64,000 nucleotides of DNA from Bacteroidota bacterium (GCA_013286805.1 JABDEY010000002.1:1629-65628); one strand, 5' to 3'. Shown: positions 47,252-57,254, counted from the first letter of the stretch. Notes: generated from the letters alone by a model not told the origin. Program-made: numbers and translations.

Positions 47252-48421
47252 ATGAAAAGAACATGGATTTTTTTATTACTTCTGATTTCTTCTCGTTTTC
47301 TGAATGCCCAGATAACTACTTTGCTGGATATACCTCCCCGCATACAATGGCCTAATAATGACGGCTATTGCGGTGAAAACTCCATTCAGATGTGCGGGCT
47401 GTATTATGGTAATTATATCTCGGAAGGTATTTGCAGGACCGTTGCCGGAGGTGAATTGCTCATTTATGTGAATGACACAATCGCGCTCAATGCATTTTCT
47501 TTCACCTATGTGGAATGGAACCCGAATCTTTCAACTCCCCAGTATACGAATTACCTGGATTGGGTCAAACAGTATTTGTACAAAAGACAGCCGGTTATCA
47601 TTGCTGTTTATGTCAGCGGGTTAACGGATCCGGATTATGATCACATCATTCCTGCTATTGGTTTTCATGCAATGAGTGTAAATTCGTATACTGCTTCCGA
47701 CTCACTTACCTATAATTCCAATTTCGATACGGTTCCATTTTCGCGCGTGTTTTCAACACTTTATGCAACCCGCTCCATGGCCGGGAATTCAGCCACCTTC
47801 CCTTATTATATTCCGGAAAGTGTAGATTATGGTGTTGCAGTTACAGGAAATAAGGATCCCGGGAAGGTAACAAGGCCGGTTCATATTGCACTTGATTCGA
47901 ATGATGAGCCGAATGTAAGCCTTGGCGCGAAAGCCTGTATACTGAAGGCAAAAATTACTGCTGATTCCCTTACTCCTGGTGTTGGCTATGCGCTCCTAAA
48001 GTACACTAACTATCTGAAGGTTCCTTCCACAGGTTTTAGTCCTTCCAATGCCAACTCGGCAGTTTATTTTACGGCAACCTCTGTGACCCATACAGTGCTT
48101 GATTCTTTTTTGTCTGATTCGGCTGTGTTTTACCGTTGTATTAAATACACGCCGACTGGGATTTCTACATCAGGTAATGTCGCTGAGGATAAATTCCACG
48201 TATTTCCTAACCCTTCTTCAGGAAAATTTACCTTGTTGATTCCTGACCGCACAGAGCAAATTGTGATTCTAAATGCAATGGGGCAAGTGCTTCAAAAAAT
48301 AAAAGTGAGCAACCTGCAGCACCTGGAGGTGAATTTGCCGGATGAAGGGGTTTATTTTATCCGGGTTAGCGGAATGGCCGCGGGAGTTCTTAGTACCTCG
48401 AAACTAATTGTAGTGCATTAA
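47252..48421 (+). CDS. T9SS cargo with a putative C39-like (Cys/His) peptidase domain and a T9SS CTD.
   Basis: Signal peptide. 'QWPNNDGYCGENSIQMCGLYYG' resembles the C39 'Q..(n)..CG.A....YG' active-site Cys region, with downstream His (DHIIPAIGFHA). CTD: HVFPNPSSGKFTLLIP...GVYFIRVSG...KLIVVH. Confidence 0.5.
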   Translation: MKRTWIFLLLLISSRFLNAQITTLLDIPPRIQWPNNDGYCGENSIQMCGLYYGNYISEGICRTVAGGELLIYVNDTIALNAFSFTYVEWNPNLSTPQYTNYLDWVKQYLYKRQPVIIAVYVSGLTDPDYDHIIPAIGFHAMSVNSYTASDSLTYNSNFDTVPFSRVFSTLYATRSMAGNSATFPYYIPESVDYGVAVTGNKDPGKVTRPVHIALDSNDEPNVSLGAKACILKAKITADSLTPGVGYALLKYTNYLKVPSTGFSPSNANSAVYFTATSVTHTVLDSFLSDSAVFYRCIKYTPTGISTSGNVAEDKFHVFPNPSSGKFTLLIPDRTEQIVILNAMGQVLQKIKVSNLQHLEVNLPDEGVYFIRVSGMAAGVLSTSKLIVVH

Positions 48422-48440
48422 ATTCCGGAATGAATCCATT

Positions 48441-49022
48441 TCAAATAGTTTTGAGATTGTTAAATCTGGTCACCCATACATACAGCATTAACAGCGTAAA
48501 GCCATAAATAAAGTAATTAAACAGGTATTCATGTGAAAACTCAAGAAGGGATGGCTTGTACGCAGAAACGTACATAAGACCTGTTAACCTGCCAATGTTA
48601 AGAATGTTAATACATAAAATTCCCACTACTATAAAGGGCAGTTTTTTTCTCCATTTGCCGGGATAGGCAATGATGAGGGCAGCAAAATAAATCCAAAGCC
48701 GTATTCCAATACAGTAGTTGCCGACACTCAGCGTTCCCATTCCAATTGACGTAACGGAGTCATGGCTTACAACTGACGTGTGCCCCAAAATTGCAAGAAG
48801 GAACGAAGTTCCATGAAGCAAAACCAGTCTTGCCCAATCGTTGAATAGTTCCCAGCCATTTGAAATAGTGGGAAACATGCGATCCTGAATGGGAATAATT
48901 TCTCTTCCCATAACGAAAAAAAATGCTTTCGTTGCTAAATAAATCAGAAACACTTTTGAAATAAAGCGTATCTCCTGTTTGTGCCGAAGGTATTGGATTT
49001 TGGCTATTACTAACACGGACAT
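48441..49022 (-). CDS. Exosortase-family polytopic membrane protein (XrtF-like).
   Basis: About 190 aa and 6 TM. 'NYCIGIRLW' resembles the exosortase active-site 'CSG.R' motif; 'LNIGRLTG' resembles the conserved N..R motif. The small size fits the Bacteroidota exosortase F class. Confidence 0.5.
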   Translation of the reverse strand: MSVLVIAKIQYLRHKQEIRFISKVFLIYLATKAFFFVMGREIIPIQDRMFPTISNGWELFNDWARLVLLHGTSFLLAILGHTSVVSHDSVTSIGMGTLSVGNYCIGIRLWIYFAALIIAYPGKWRKKLPFIVVGILCINILNIGRLTGLMYVSAYKPSLLEFSHEYLFNYFIYGFTLLMLYVWVTRFNNLKTI

Positions 49023-49034
49023 CTACTCCTAAAC

Positions 49035-49250
49035 CTACTCCGCGCCCTCTTTGTCGTTTGCTTTTCCCTTGGCTTTTTTATCGTCCTTCATTTTTTTAAA
49101 GGCGATTGCACCTCCTCCAATAAGGACTACAAGTGAAACAGGGTCAAGCGGTGTGCTAACAGGGGGTGGTCCAGGCTGAGCCATTGTACCAGGGATAAAT
49201 ATGAACATAAAAACCGTGGTGAATAGTATTACTTTTAAAACCTGACCCAT
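49035..49250 (-). CDS. 71-aa mini-protein: a signal peptide followed directly by a PEP-CTERM-like anchor (PGPPPVSTPLDP, a TM segment, then KKMKDDKKAKGK).
   Basis: The start MGQVLKVILFTTVFMFIFIPGTMAQ is hydrophobic with an AxA-like cleavage site. 'PLDP-VSLVVLIGGGAIAF-KKMK' has the three-part layout of a PEP-CTERM sorting signal. It lies 12 nt upstream of the exosortase-like gene and is co-directional with it. Confidence 0.4.
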   Translation of the reverse strand: MGQVLKVILFTTVFMFIFIPGTMAQPGPPPVSTPLDPVSLVVLIGGGAIAFKKMKDDKKAKGKANDKEGAE

Positions 49251-49301
49251 TTCTTTTATTGTATTAAATGAACATATAATTTAGTACTGAATTACCCTGT
49301 T

Positions 49302-51002
49302 TTATTGAATGACAATTTTTTTATTACTTGCGCCTCCATCACTAACAACTTTTACGATATAACATCCGGCAGCAGCAGATACGTACAACTCATTTATCTG
49401 ATTGCCGTTTAATATTTTGCTTGTGACTGCTTTCCCCATCATATCATATACAGTTGCCTCAGCAGAGCTATGACCATTGAGGTTAAAATATACTGTATGA
49501 TTCACATTGTAAACACCGATTTCCTTTACCGGAACCACCTGATTTATACCCGAAGGAGTAGGGATAAAATGCAGGTAGAACCTTTTATTAATTGTATCCG
49601 GACCCGCTACAGTAAAATTTATCTGAGATGCGGAAGTTAAAACAGTATTTGTGTTAGAGACAGAGTCCTGCAATACAACCTGAATGTTTTCCATATTAAT
49701 GGAACTACTCACTGTGAATGTATAGTCTCCTGCAAGACCCGCGAGGAGTGTCACCGGAACAACTTTGCTTGTATTGCCCATCAGGCCAAAAGACTGTATG
49801 GCATAAGGACTGTTATTCAGTGTGCTGTATAATGAAAGATTACTATTGCCGACTAATTTTGGAGCATCGTACAATTGATCAAAGCCATTTGTAGCACCTG
49901 CAAGAAATGCGATAGACATATCATTTTGCAGCCCATTGTCGGTTGAAATGTGGAGGTTGAAGCTGCTGATTCCATTACTTGAAGCTGCGGGTTTGCCTGT
50001 CCGGAAGAAAAAGTCAGAAGAAAGCGACTCCATCTGCAAGGCAGTAAGTGTGCGCTGTGCATCGTTAAATACAACATTCCCGGGGCTTGTTACCTGAGCA
50101 AAGAAAGCTTGTCCGGGCTGGATAATTGCCGTTGGAATATGACCTGAAGTACCGCCTCCCGAAGCAGCTGCTGCCGGATTCAGTGTAGCATAATCGGCCG
50201 AAGAGTAATTGAAACCGTTTGAGCCATTATCATCCCATAAATACAATGTAGCTATACCGCGCGTTGCATTATTGTCTGCAATAAAGGCATTGGTATTTAA
50301 TCCCGAAGGATATGGATTTCCAATCAAATTCCAGCCTGAGCCCTGACCGGGGGTATTTACTCCCATGATAGCCGGGTAATTGATGGTCCCTGTGTTAGGT
50401 ACTCCGCTAAAACTAACAGTTGTATTTACTGCCGGTTTAACAGCATACCCCTGACTGGGGAATAAGTTTCCGGCTATGCTGAACCAGCAATTGTTCCAGG
50501 TTGTTGACGCACCTGTATTAAACTGCCATTGATTAGGAGATGGAAAAACAGAACTTGGAGAAGTAGTGACTGGTGAAGACAAATAGTGGTAGAGATTTGC
50601 TGTAATAAAACGTTGAACGTTGACAGTACCCGCTCCGGTTATCACGCCTGTTCCATCATTGTAGATTGCTCCTGAACCAGTTATATCACACTCTATGATG
50701 AGGCAATTCGGGCCACCATTCAAATTTAAGGATCCTGTAATGTCAATGGAATTGTTGGGGAGAATGGTCAGGGTAGCCCCGGCGTTTATTGTCAAGGAAG
50801 TACAAATTTCATTAAAATCAACTCCATCCAGGGTACATGCCCCGTTTATTGTTAAAATATCTGTAGGACTTGCAGGTGCCGAACCTCCCCATAATGCCGG
50901 GTTGCTCCAATTGCCAGGACCAGTAAATGTCAGTGAGCCAGACCACATAAGGCTGCTGCAGGCGAACGTTAAAACTGACAACAGAAGTTTTTTATGTATC
51001 AT
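49302..51002 (-). CDS. Hypothetical large T9SS cargo protein.
   Basis: Signal peptide. Gly/Asn/Thr/Ser-rich beta-rich body. CTD: NHTVYFNLNGHSSAEATVYDMMGKAV...GCYIVKVVSDGGASNKKIVIQ. Confidence 0.65.
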   Translation of the reverse strand: MIHKKLLLSVLTFACSSLMWSGSLTFTGPGNWSNPALWGGSAPASPTDILTINGACTLDGVDFNEICTSLTINAGATLTILPNNSIDITGSLNLNGGPNCLIIECDITGSGAIYNDGTGVITGAGTVNVQRFITANLYHYLSSPVTTSPSSVFPSPNQWQFNTGASTTWNNCWFSIAGNLFPSQGYAVKPAVNTTVSFSGVPNTGTINYPAIMGVNTPGQGSGWNLIGNPYPSGLNTNAFIADNNATRGIATLYLWDDNGSNGFNYSSADYATLNPAAAASGGGTSGHIPTAIIQPGQAFFAQVTSPGNVVFNDAQRTLTALQMESLSSDFFFRTGKPAASSNGISSFNLHISTDNGLQNDMSIAFLAGATNGFDQLYDAPKLVGNSNLSLYSTLNNSPYAIQSFGLMGNTSKVVPVTLLAGLAGDYTFTVSSSINMENIQVVLQDSVSNTNTVLTSASQINFTVAGPDTINKRFYLHFIPTPSGINQVVPVKEIGVYNVNHTVYFNLNGHSSAEATVYDMMGKAVTSKILNGNQINELYVSAAAGCYIVKVVSDGGASNKKIVIQ

Positions 51003-51094
51003 TTTGAGAAGAGTTTAGTAATTTAAAATCAATCAACTACATTGGTCTATCACAAATGTAGCCAATTTAGTTAATAGTAGCTATTTAGTTAATA

Positions 51095-52417
51095 TTGTCT
51101 ATGAAAAAGTTGCGCCCTTTACAATTAGCTGCTATTATTTTTCTGACGGTATCGGGCGGGCCTTATGGACTGGAATCACTGCTCTCCTATGTTGGAAGTC
51201 ATGCGGCCTTATTTCTGCTGATTATTACTCCTGTTTTATGGGATATTCCAACCATTTTGGCAGTGATGGAGTTAAACAGTATGATGCCTGTGGAAGGAGG
51301 ATATTACCAATGGGTCAAGCGAGCCATGGGTCTTCGCTTTGCGTGGTATGAGGGATGGTGGACCTGGCTTTATACGTTTGCAGACCTGGCCATTTATCCT
51401 GTATTGTTTGTAGAATATCTTGGATTTTTCTTTCCTGCTGCGGTAGCTGTTAAAATCCCAATATGCCTGTCTATTATCTGGACATGTGCGTTTATAAATA
51501 TCCGTGGTATTCTTTCGGTTGGCAAAATTTCTATTTTACTTGGATTGACTGTATTATTACCCTTTTTGATTCTCTTCCTTTACTTTTTGTTTCAACATGC
51601 AGGCTCCTTTGATTTGCCAGTTCCATCTGTTCATGGTGTCAGACTGAAAGAACTGGGATTGGGATTATATGTAGTGATGTGGAATTTTCTGGGTTGGGAC
51701 AATATTACAACTTATGCAGATGAAGTTTCCAGACCGGTACGTTCCTACCTGTTATCTGCCTGCATAGCTTTTGTACTTATTATTTGTGTTTATTTGGTAA
51801 CGACCTTTACCGCAATTCAATCCGGCATTGATTTTACGGCTTTGGCTAAAGAGGGATATCCTGCCTTAGGTTTATCTATTGGCGGTCACTGGCTTGGTGG
51901 CCTTATTGCCCTGGGCGGTATGGCAAGCGGATTGGGACTTTACTCTTCGGTGCTGCTTTCTGTATCAAAGATCCCAAAAGTAATGGCGGATGACGGGTTG
52001 TTACCCTCTGTCCTGAATAAAATCCACTCAAGGTTTCAAACTCCTTATGTTTCAATTATTACCTGTTCTGTTGTAATAAGTTTCATGATTCTCTGGACGT
52101 TCACGCATCTGATCATCATGGATGTGATTTTATATGGGGCCGCGCTTTTTCTTGAATTTCTGGCACTTTTGATTCTGCGAAAAACAGCTCCGGATGATCA
52201 CCGCCCTTTTAAAATTCCTTTAAATATATATGGGCTTTGTATTCTGATTTCTTTGCCGGTCCTTGTTTATTCTGTTGCTCTTACAGGCACTTTCTCGGAT
52301 TCCGGCAATAACATATACCCGGTTCTGTTTGCATTCGGTCTTTTAATTTCTGCTGAATTGATCTGGCGTATTATACTATGGAAAAATCCGGATTTAAGGA
52401 ATACTAAAATTCAGTAA
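51095..52417 (+). CDS. APC-family amino-acid permease.
   Basis: 12-TM protein with an APC-type N-terminus (LRPLQLAAIIFLTVSGGPYGLE). Confidence 0.8.
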   Translation: MSMKKLRPLQLAAIIFLTVSGGPYGLESLLSYVGSHAALFLLIITPVLWDIPTILAVMELNSMMPVEGGYYQWVKRAMGLRFAWYEGWWTWLYTFADLAIYPVLFVEYLGFFFPAAVAVKIPICLSIIWTCAFINIRGILSVGKISILLGLTVLLPFLILFLYFLFQHAGSFDLPVPSVHGVRLKELGLGLYVVMWNFLGWDNITTYADEVSRPVRSYLLSACIAFVLIICVYLVTTFTAIQSGIDFTALAKEGYPALGLSIGGHWLGGLIALGGMASGLGLYSSVLLSVSKIPKVMADDGLLPSVLNKIHSRFQTPYVSIITCSVVISFMILWTFTHLIIMDVILYGAALFLEFLALLILRKTAPDDHRPFKIPLNIYGLCILISLPVLVYSVALTGTFSDSGNNIYPVLFAFGLLISAELIWRIILWKNPDLRNTKIQ

Positions 52418-54144
52418 TTTATACCCTCAGGTTCATGCGTGCTTAGTTTAATGTCTTTCACATTCAACTGAACAGTTGTTCTCCCGTTCCAAACATTCTC
52501 TTCAAGGGTATAGCAGATGTCAATTGGTCTTCGCCTGTAGATGTCATCAAATAAATGTCCCAGACCAAATGCGATAGCCGCAAAGCTTTTCTTTGGGTCG
52601 GTTTGCTCATACAATTCAAGCTTCAGGTGGTTGTTCCCGACGATACACACTTTGCCGCTGTCCATCACATTTCTAGTTAAAAAAACGGGTGAGGGATTCC
52701 CCTGACCAAAAGGTGATAATTGTTTTAAAATCCGAAGGAATTTGTCATTGATGGCAGCAAATGAGAGAGGTTCGTCAATTTCAATTTCGGGGATCAGTAA
52801 ATGTTGCGGGATGGTAGCACTCACAAAAGATTCAAATTTATTCCTGAAAGCAATTATATTTTCAGGCTTCAATGTCAGACCGGCTGCATACTTGTGTCCG
52901 CCAAATTGCTCCAGCAGGTCACTGCAGGATTCTATGGCTGCATAGATATCGAAGTCTTTCACAGAACGGGCTGATCCGGTTGCCATTCCATTGGATTCCG
53001 TCAGGACGATTGTTGGCCTGTAATATTTCTCAATCAATCTGGAAGCCACAATTCCAATTACTCCTTTGTGCCACTCTTTGTTGAACAGGACTGTGCTTTT
53101 GTAATTTTTCAGAAGCGGATCCGCATTCAGCATTTCAAGGGCCTCCTCGGTAATCTTCACATCGAGATCCCTGCGCTGTAAATTGGTAGTATTTATGTTT
53201 TGACCCGAAAGCAATGCAGAAGCGCTGTCTTCTGAGATCAGAAGTGCTACCGCTTTTTTTCCCGAATCAATGCGCCCGGCTGCATTAATCCTTGGACCGA
53301 TTATAAAAACCAAATCCATAATGGTGAGTTCATGTTTTACCTTAGCCAGTTCAAGCATTGCTTTGAATCCGGGACGAGGGCTGCTATTTATGCGCTTCAA
53401 TCCAAAACAGGCAAGGGTACGGTTTTCGTCAATTACAGGAACCATATCTGAAGCTATACTTACCACCACCAGGTCTAAGAAGGGCTCCAGTTTTTCAATG
53501 GGCAGATTTTCCGATAGCAGCCAGGCTTGTATTAATTTTAAACCAATTCCACATCCGGAGAGCTCTTTGAAGGGGTACAGGCAATCAGGGCGCTGAGGAT
53601 CAAGAACGGCAACAGCTTCCGGGATCTGATCTCCCGGGCGATGGTGGTCGCAAATAATAAAATCAACATTATTTTTATTGGCATATTCAACTTTGTCGAT
53701 GGCTTTTATTCCACAATCAAGCGCAATGATTAATGAAAATTTATTTTCAATGGCCCAGTCAATTCCCTTGAAGGATATTCCATAGCCTTCACCATAGCGG
53801 TCGGGTATGTAATAATCAATTTCTTTGTGCAGGTCTTTGAAAAAAGTATAAGCCAGTGCAACTGCAGTCGTGCCATCTACGTCATAGTCCCCGTAGATCA
53901 GAATCTTTTCGTTTTTAATGAATGCGGATTTGATCCTGGCAATTGCCTTGTCCATATCCTTCATACGGAAAGGATCATGCAGGTGAGTCAGGGAAGGACG
54001 GAAAAAATCTTTTGCCTGGTCAAATGTTTTGAAGCCTCGTTGTCCCAGCAGATTAGCAATGGTGGCGTCAATGCCCAGTTCAGTCTGTAATGTCTGAATA
54101 GTGTTTGCGTCTGCTTTATCTTTTATTTTCCAACGTTTTTCCAA
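52411..54144 (-). CDS. recJ: Single-stranded-DNA-specific exonuclease RecJ.
   Basis: DHH motifs (ILIYGDYDVDGTTAVAL; IICDHH; DHHxxG region) and DHHA1 (GGHKYAAGL). Confidence 0.9.
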   Translation of the reverse strand: MEKRWKIKDKADANTIQTLQTELGIDATIANLLGQRGFKTFDQAKDFFRPSLTHLHDPFRMKDMDKAIARIKSAFIKNEKILIYGDYDVDGTTAVALAYTFFKDLHKEIDYYIPDRYGEGYGISFKGIDWAIENKFSLIIALDCGIKAIDKVEYANKNNVDFIICDHHRPGDQIPEAVAVLDPQRPDCLYPFKELSGCGIGLKLIQAWLLSENLPIEKLEPFLDLVVVSIASDMVPVIDENRTLACFGLKRINSSPRPGFKAMLELAKVKHELTIMDLVFIIGPRINAAGRIDSGKKAVALLISEDSASALLSGQNINTTNLQRRDLDVKITEEALEMLNADPLLKNYKSTVLFNKEWHKGVIGIVASRLIEKYYRPTIVLTESNGMATGSARSVKDFDIYAAIESCSDLLEQFGGHKYAAGLTLKPENIIAFRNKFESFVSATIPQHLLIPEIEIDEPLSFAAINDKFLRILKQLSPFGQGNPSPVFLTRNVMDSGKVCIVGNNHLKLELYEQTDPKKSFAAIAFGLGHLFDDIYRRRPIDICYTLEENVWNGRTTVQLNVKDIKLSTHEPEGINY

Positions 54145-54152
54145 TAGCGAGT

Positions 54153-55316
54153 TTAGCTTTTCTCTATGCGCTCATTCATCACCTCGGTTTGTAAACGAAT
54201 GGATTCCTTATGCAGAAGTTTATATAATTTCTGAATGAATTCCTTATCTATGGACTTTGCCTCTGCCCATGAAGTGCGGGTTTGCAGAATTTCGAGCCAA
54301 CGCTCTAATTGTAAAACAGTTATGTTGTTTTCCTGTTTATATATTCCAATCTGTTCTATCAACTCCATGCGCCTGGCCAGGCATTCTATCAATTCTTTGT
54401 CAATTTCATCCACTGATTTCCGGAGTGACTCCAGTTTATTGGTAAATTCCTCGGAGGTAGATCCGGCAGTCCTTACAATGAGTGAATTTAAAAGTTCCCT
54501 CAGTTCTTCCGGAGTTAACTGTTGATTTTTATCGCTTTTTGCAAGTGCGGGGTTGTAATGTGACTCAATCATCAGTCCTTCAAAGTTCAGGTCCAGCGCT
54601 TTCTGAGATACTTTCAATAAGAGCTCTCTGCTTCCGCATATATGACTTGGATCGCAAATGATTGGTAGCTGAGGGAAAATTGTTTTGAGTTCAATTGGAA
54701 GTTCCCAGTGCGGAGGGTTACGGTAATTAAAGGATGTTGTATGGTCTTTGGTAATTGCAGAATCAATATTACCGTGTATGCCCGGATTACTGTGTATGCC
54801 CGGTTGAGTGGATGCAAAAAATCCGCGATGAACGGCCACCAGCTTTTCTACTCCAGCCAGATTCAATCGTTCCAGTGCTCCAATCCACAATTGCAAATCC
54901 GCGTGAATGGGATTTTTTACCATGACCGGTACATTAATGCCCTGCAAGGCATCTGCTATTTCCTGCACGGAAAATGGATTGACCGTTGTACGTGCACCGA
55001 TCCATAAAATGTCCACTTTAGCGTTTAACGCTTCGTCTACATGCTGCGCATTGGCAACTTCTACTGCAGTTAAAAAACCAAAACCGGCTTTCACTTCCTG
55101 CAACCATTTTAGCCCTATGGATCCTACTCCTTCAAATGAATTTGGTCGTGTCCGGGGTTTCCATATTCCGGAACGGAAAACAGTAACAGCATTCAGCTTT
55201 TTCAGACCGGCAGCTGTTTTCAGCATTTGTTCTTCCGACTCTGCACCACAGGGACCACTGATAATGATTGGTCTGGAAGTACCCGGAAGCCAGTTTTGAA
55301 TAGGTTCTATGTTCAT
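54153..55316 (-). CDS. Bifunctional 3-deoxy-7-phosphoheptulonate synthase (KDO8PS-like, class I-beta) / chorismate mutase.
   Basis: The N-terminal DAHPS fold (IIISGPCGAESEEQ...PIICDPSHICG) is fused to a C-terminal AroQ chorismate-mutase helix bundle (LRKSVDEIDKELIECLARRMELIEQIGIYK). Confidence 0.8.
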   Translation of the reverse strand: MNIEPIQNWLPGTSRPIIISGPCGAESEEQMLKTAAGLKKLNAVTVFRSGIWKPRTRPNSFEGVGSIGLKWLQEVKAGFGFLTAVEVANAQHVDEALNAKVDILWIGARTTVNPFSVQEIADALQGINVPVMVKNPIHADLQLWIGALERLNLAGVEKLVAVHRGFFASTQPGIHSNPGIHGNIDSAITKDHTTSFNYRNPPHWELPIELKTIFPQLPIICDPSHICGSRELLLKVSQKALDLNFEGLMIESHYNPALAKSDKNQQLTPEELRELLNSLIVRTAGSTSEEFTNKLESLRKSVDEIDKELIECLARRMELIEQIGIYKQENNITVLQLERWLEILQTRTSWAEAKSIDKEFIQKLYKLLHKESIRLQTEVMNERIEKS

Positions 55317-56077
55317 TTAATAACTAAATCATTTTTGTATTTCACCTGTTTCATTTTTCCTTCTTCATCGTATTCCTTCCATAAACCTTCTTTTTTACCT
55401 TTTACATATTTCCCGGAATTTTTAGGTTTGCCGTCTTCGTAATATTCGAAAAAATCACCTTCCAGATCGTTGTTGACATACGTTCCTTCGCTTGTACTAT
55501 TTCCGTTTTTATAATAGGTCTTCATTTTGCCGTCCAGTTGCCCATGTTTATAATTGTATTCGATAATAACCTTGCCCTCCAGACTATACCATTTTGCTAC
55601 TCCTTCCCGGAGGTTGTTAACAAACATGCCTTCTTCCTGCAATTTGAAGTTTTCCTGGTTGTACAGTTTTTTGATTCCATTGAGTTTTCCTCCGTGCCAG
55701 GTTAGCTCTGATTTTGGTTTAGCTCCGCCCGCAAACTCAATGGAGACTCCATCGAGGCTATCGTTTTTATAAAATTTCTGACTGATTAGATAGCCATTGC
55801 GGTCCAACTCTATAAAAAGGCCGTTTCTTCTGCCCGCTATCCAGCTTTCCGTTTTGTTCACTAATAATGGAGAAGTCCCCGGATGATAATTTACCCAGGT
55901 TCCGCTTTTCTGATCATTGATATACATCCCATACCACTCGAAGCCTTCCCTGATTTCTTTCCAAAGGCCGTGCTTTTTACCTGTTGCGTCCATTTTGTTG
56001 GTATCGCCGGGGGCGTAATTGAGTGCTGAGGTTGTTAGTGCTGCTGAAAAAAGCAGCGTAAAGAATGTGAGTTTCAT
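55313..56077 (-). CDS. MORN-variant repeat protein (YwqK-family-like), secreted.
   Basis: Signal peptide. Repeated 'G.W..Y...G....EG.Y.NG...G' units. Confidence 0.6.
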   Translation of the reverse strand: MKLTFFTLLFSAALTTSALNYAPGDTNKMDATGKKHGLWKEIREGFEWYGMYINDQKSGTWVNYHPGTSPLLVNKTESWIAGRRNGLFIELDRNGYLISQKFYKNDSLDGVSIEFAGGAKPKSELTWHGGKLNGIKKLYNQENFKLQEEGMFVNNLREGVAKWYSLEGKVIIEYNYKHGQLDGKMKTYYKNGNSTSEGTYVNNDLEGDFFEYYEDGKPKNSGKYVKGKKEGLWKEYDEEGKMKQVKYKNDLVIK

Positions 56078-56156
56078 TTTATTGGATTTTGAGGTACAAA
56101 TGTATTAAATTAACGCCCATTAAGAATCATTTTTATGTTCTGCCCCTGTTGCAAAT

Positions 56157-57206
56157 ATGAAGGTAAAAGAAAAACTGCCTGATCCGTCATTCTTGGAAAG
56201 TGTCGACCTGAAACTGGATCAATATAATACCCTGGTTGATATTCGAAAGCAATCAAAAATTGAAATTGCAGGCGCTGAACGATACAGCTATGTTGATGAT
56301 CTATGGATACTCAGCTCCTACTATAATTCTGAAAAATATAAAACGAAAAGATATAATTATGAAACCTTCATTGAGAGGATAAATAAGTCAAATTTAAACT
56401 ATCTCATAATTGAATGCGCATTTGGAAGCGCCCCGTTTGAATTGCCTGCATCGAAAAATGTTATGCAGATCAGGGCAAAAGATGTGATGTGGCAAAAGGA
56501 GCGATTATTGAACCATGCAATAAAACGATTACCGGCCAATTGTAAAAAGGTTGCATGGGTGGATTGCGATATACTATTTGAAAACCCTGAATGGGCAGTT
56601 GAAACTTCTATTGCGTTGGACCAATATAAGGTGATTCAGCCTTTTGAATTTGCTGTCAGATTGCCTAAAGACGCTTTAAGTTTCAAAGGGATAGGAGACT
56701 GGTATTCGGGTTTTGGATATACTTATAAGAACCACCCTAACGTTTTGACTTCAGGAAATTTTGCTCATCACGGGCATACAGGTTTTGCCTGGGCAGCTCA
56801 AAGAAGTATTCTTGAAAAGTATGGGTTATATGATGTTTGTATCGGGGGAACGGCAGATCATGTGATGGCACATGCTTTTTGTGGTGACTGGGATACCGGA
56901 TGTATCAATAGAATCATAGGTAAAAACAATAATTTTTATAATCACTATCTGGACTGGTGTAAATCGATGTACAAAGAGGTGAAAGGGAAGGTCTCCTATG
57001 TCGGGGGTACTGTCCTGCATTTATGGCATGGTGAGATTGCAAACCGTAAGTATGCAGAAAGGGAGAAAAATCTCGAAGTATTAAAATATGATCCAGGTAA
57101 AGATTTGAAAGAATCTAAAAACGGGCCATGGGAATGGAATACGAGGAATAAAGAGTTGATGGAGTTTACACGTGGTTATTTTGCCTACAGAAAGGAAGAT
57201 GGGTAA
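56157..57206 (+). CDS. Hypothetical protein, possibly a GT-A-like nucleotide-sugar transferase.
   Basis: A DxD-like 'WVDCDILFENPEW' motif in an alpha/beta context. A weak call. Confidence 0.3.
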   Translation: MKVKEKLPDPSFLESVDLKLDQYNTLVDIRKQSKIEIAGAERYSYVDDLWILSSYYNSEKYKTKRYNYETFIERINKSNLNYLIIECAFGSAPFELPASKNVMQIRAKDVMWQKERLLNHAIKRLPANCKKVAWVDCDILFENPEWAVETSIALDQYKVIQPFEFAVRLPKDALSFKGIGDWYSGFGYTYKNHPNVLTSGNFAHHGHTGFAWAAQRSILEKYGLYDVCIGGTADHVMAHAFCGDWDTGCINRIIGKNNNFYNHYLDWCKSMYKEVKGKVSYVGGTVLHLWHGEIANRKYAEREKNLEVLKYDPGKDLKESKNGPWEWNTRNKELMEFTRGYFAYRKEDG

Positions 57207-57254
57207 GAAGCATAAATTGCAATTAAATTATATATTTGGGTTTTAAAGTACACT

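Noticed and set aside
54764-54793. Direct duplication 'gtgtatgcccgg' x2 within the DAHP-synthase gene, encoding PGIHSNPGIHGN.
   Set aside because: A short in-frame duplication in a loop region. It is probably benign and carries no regulatory implication.
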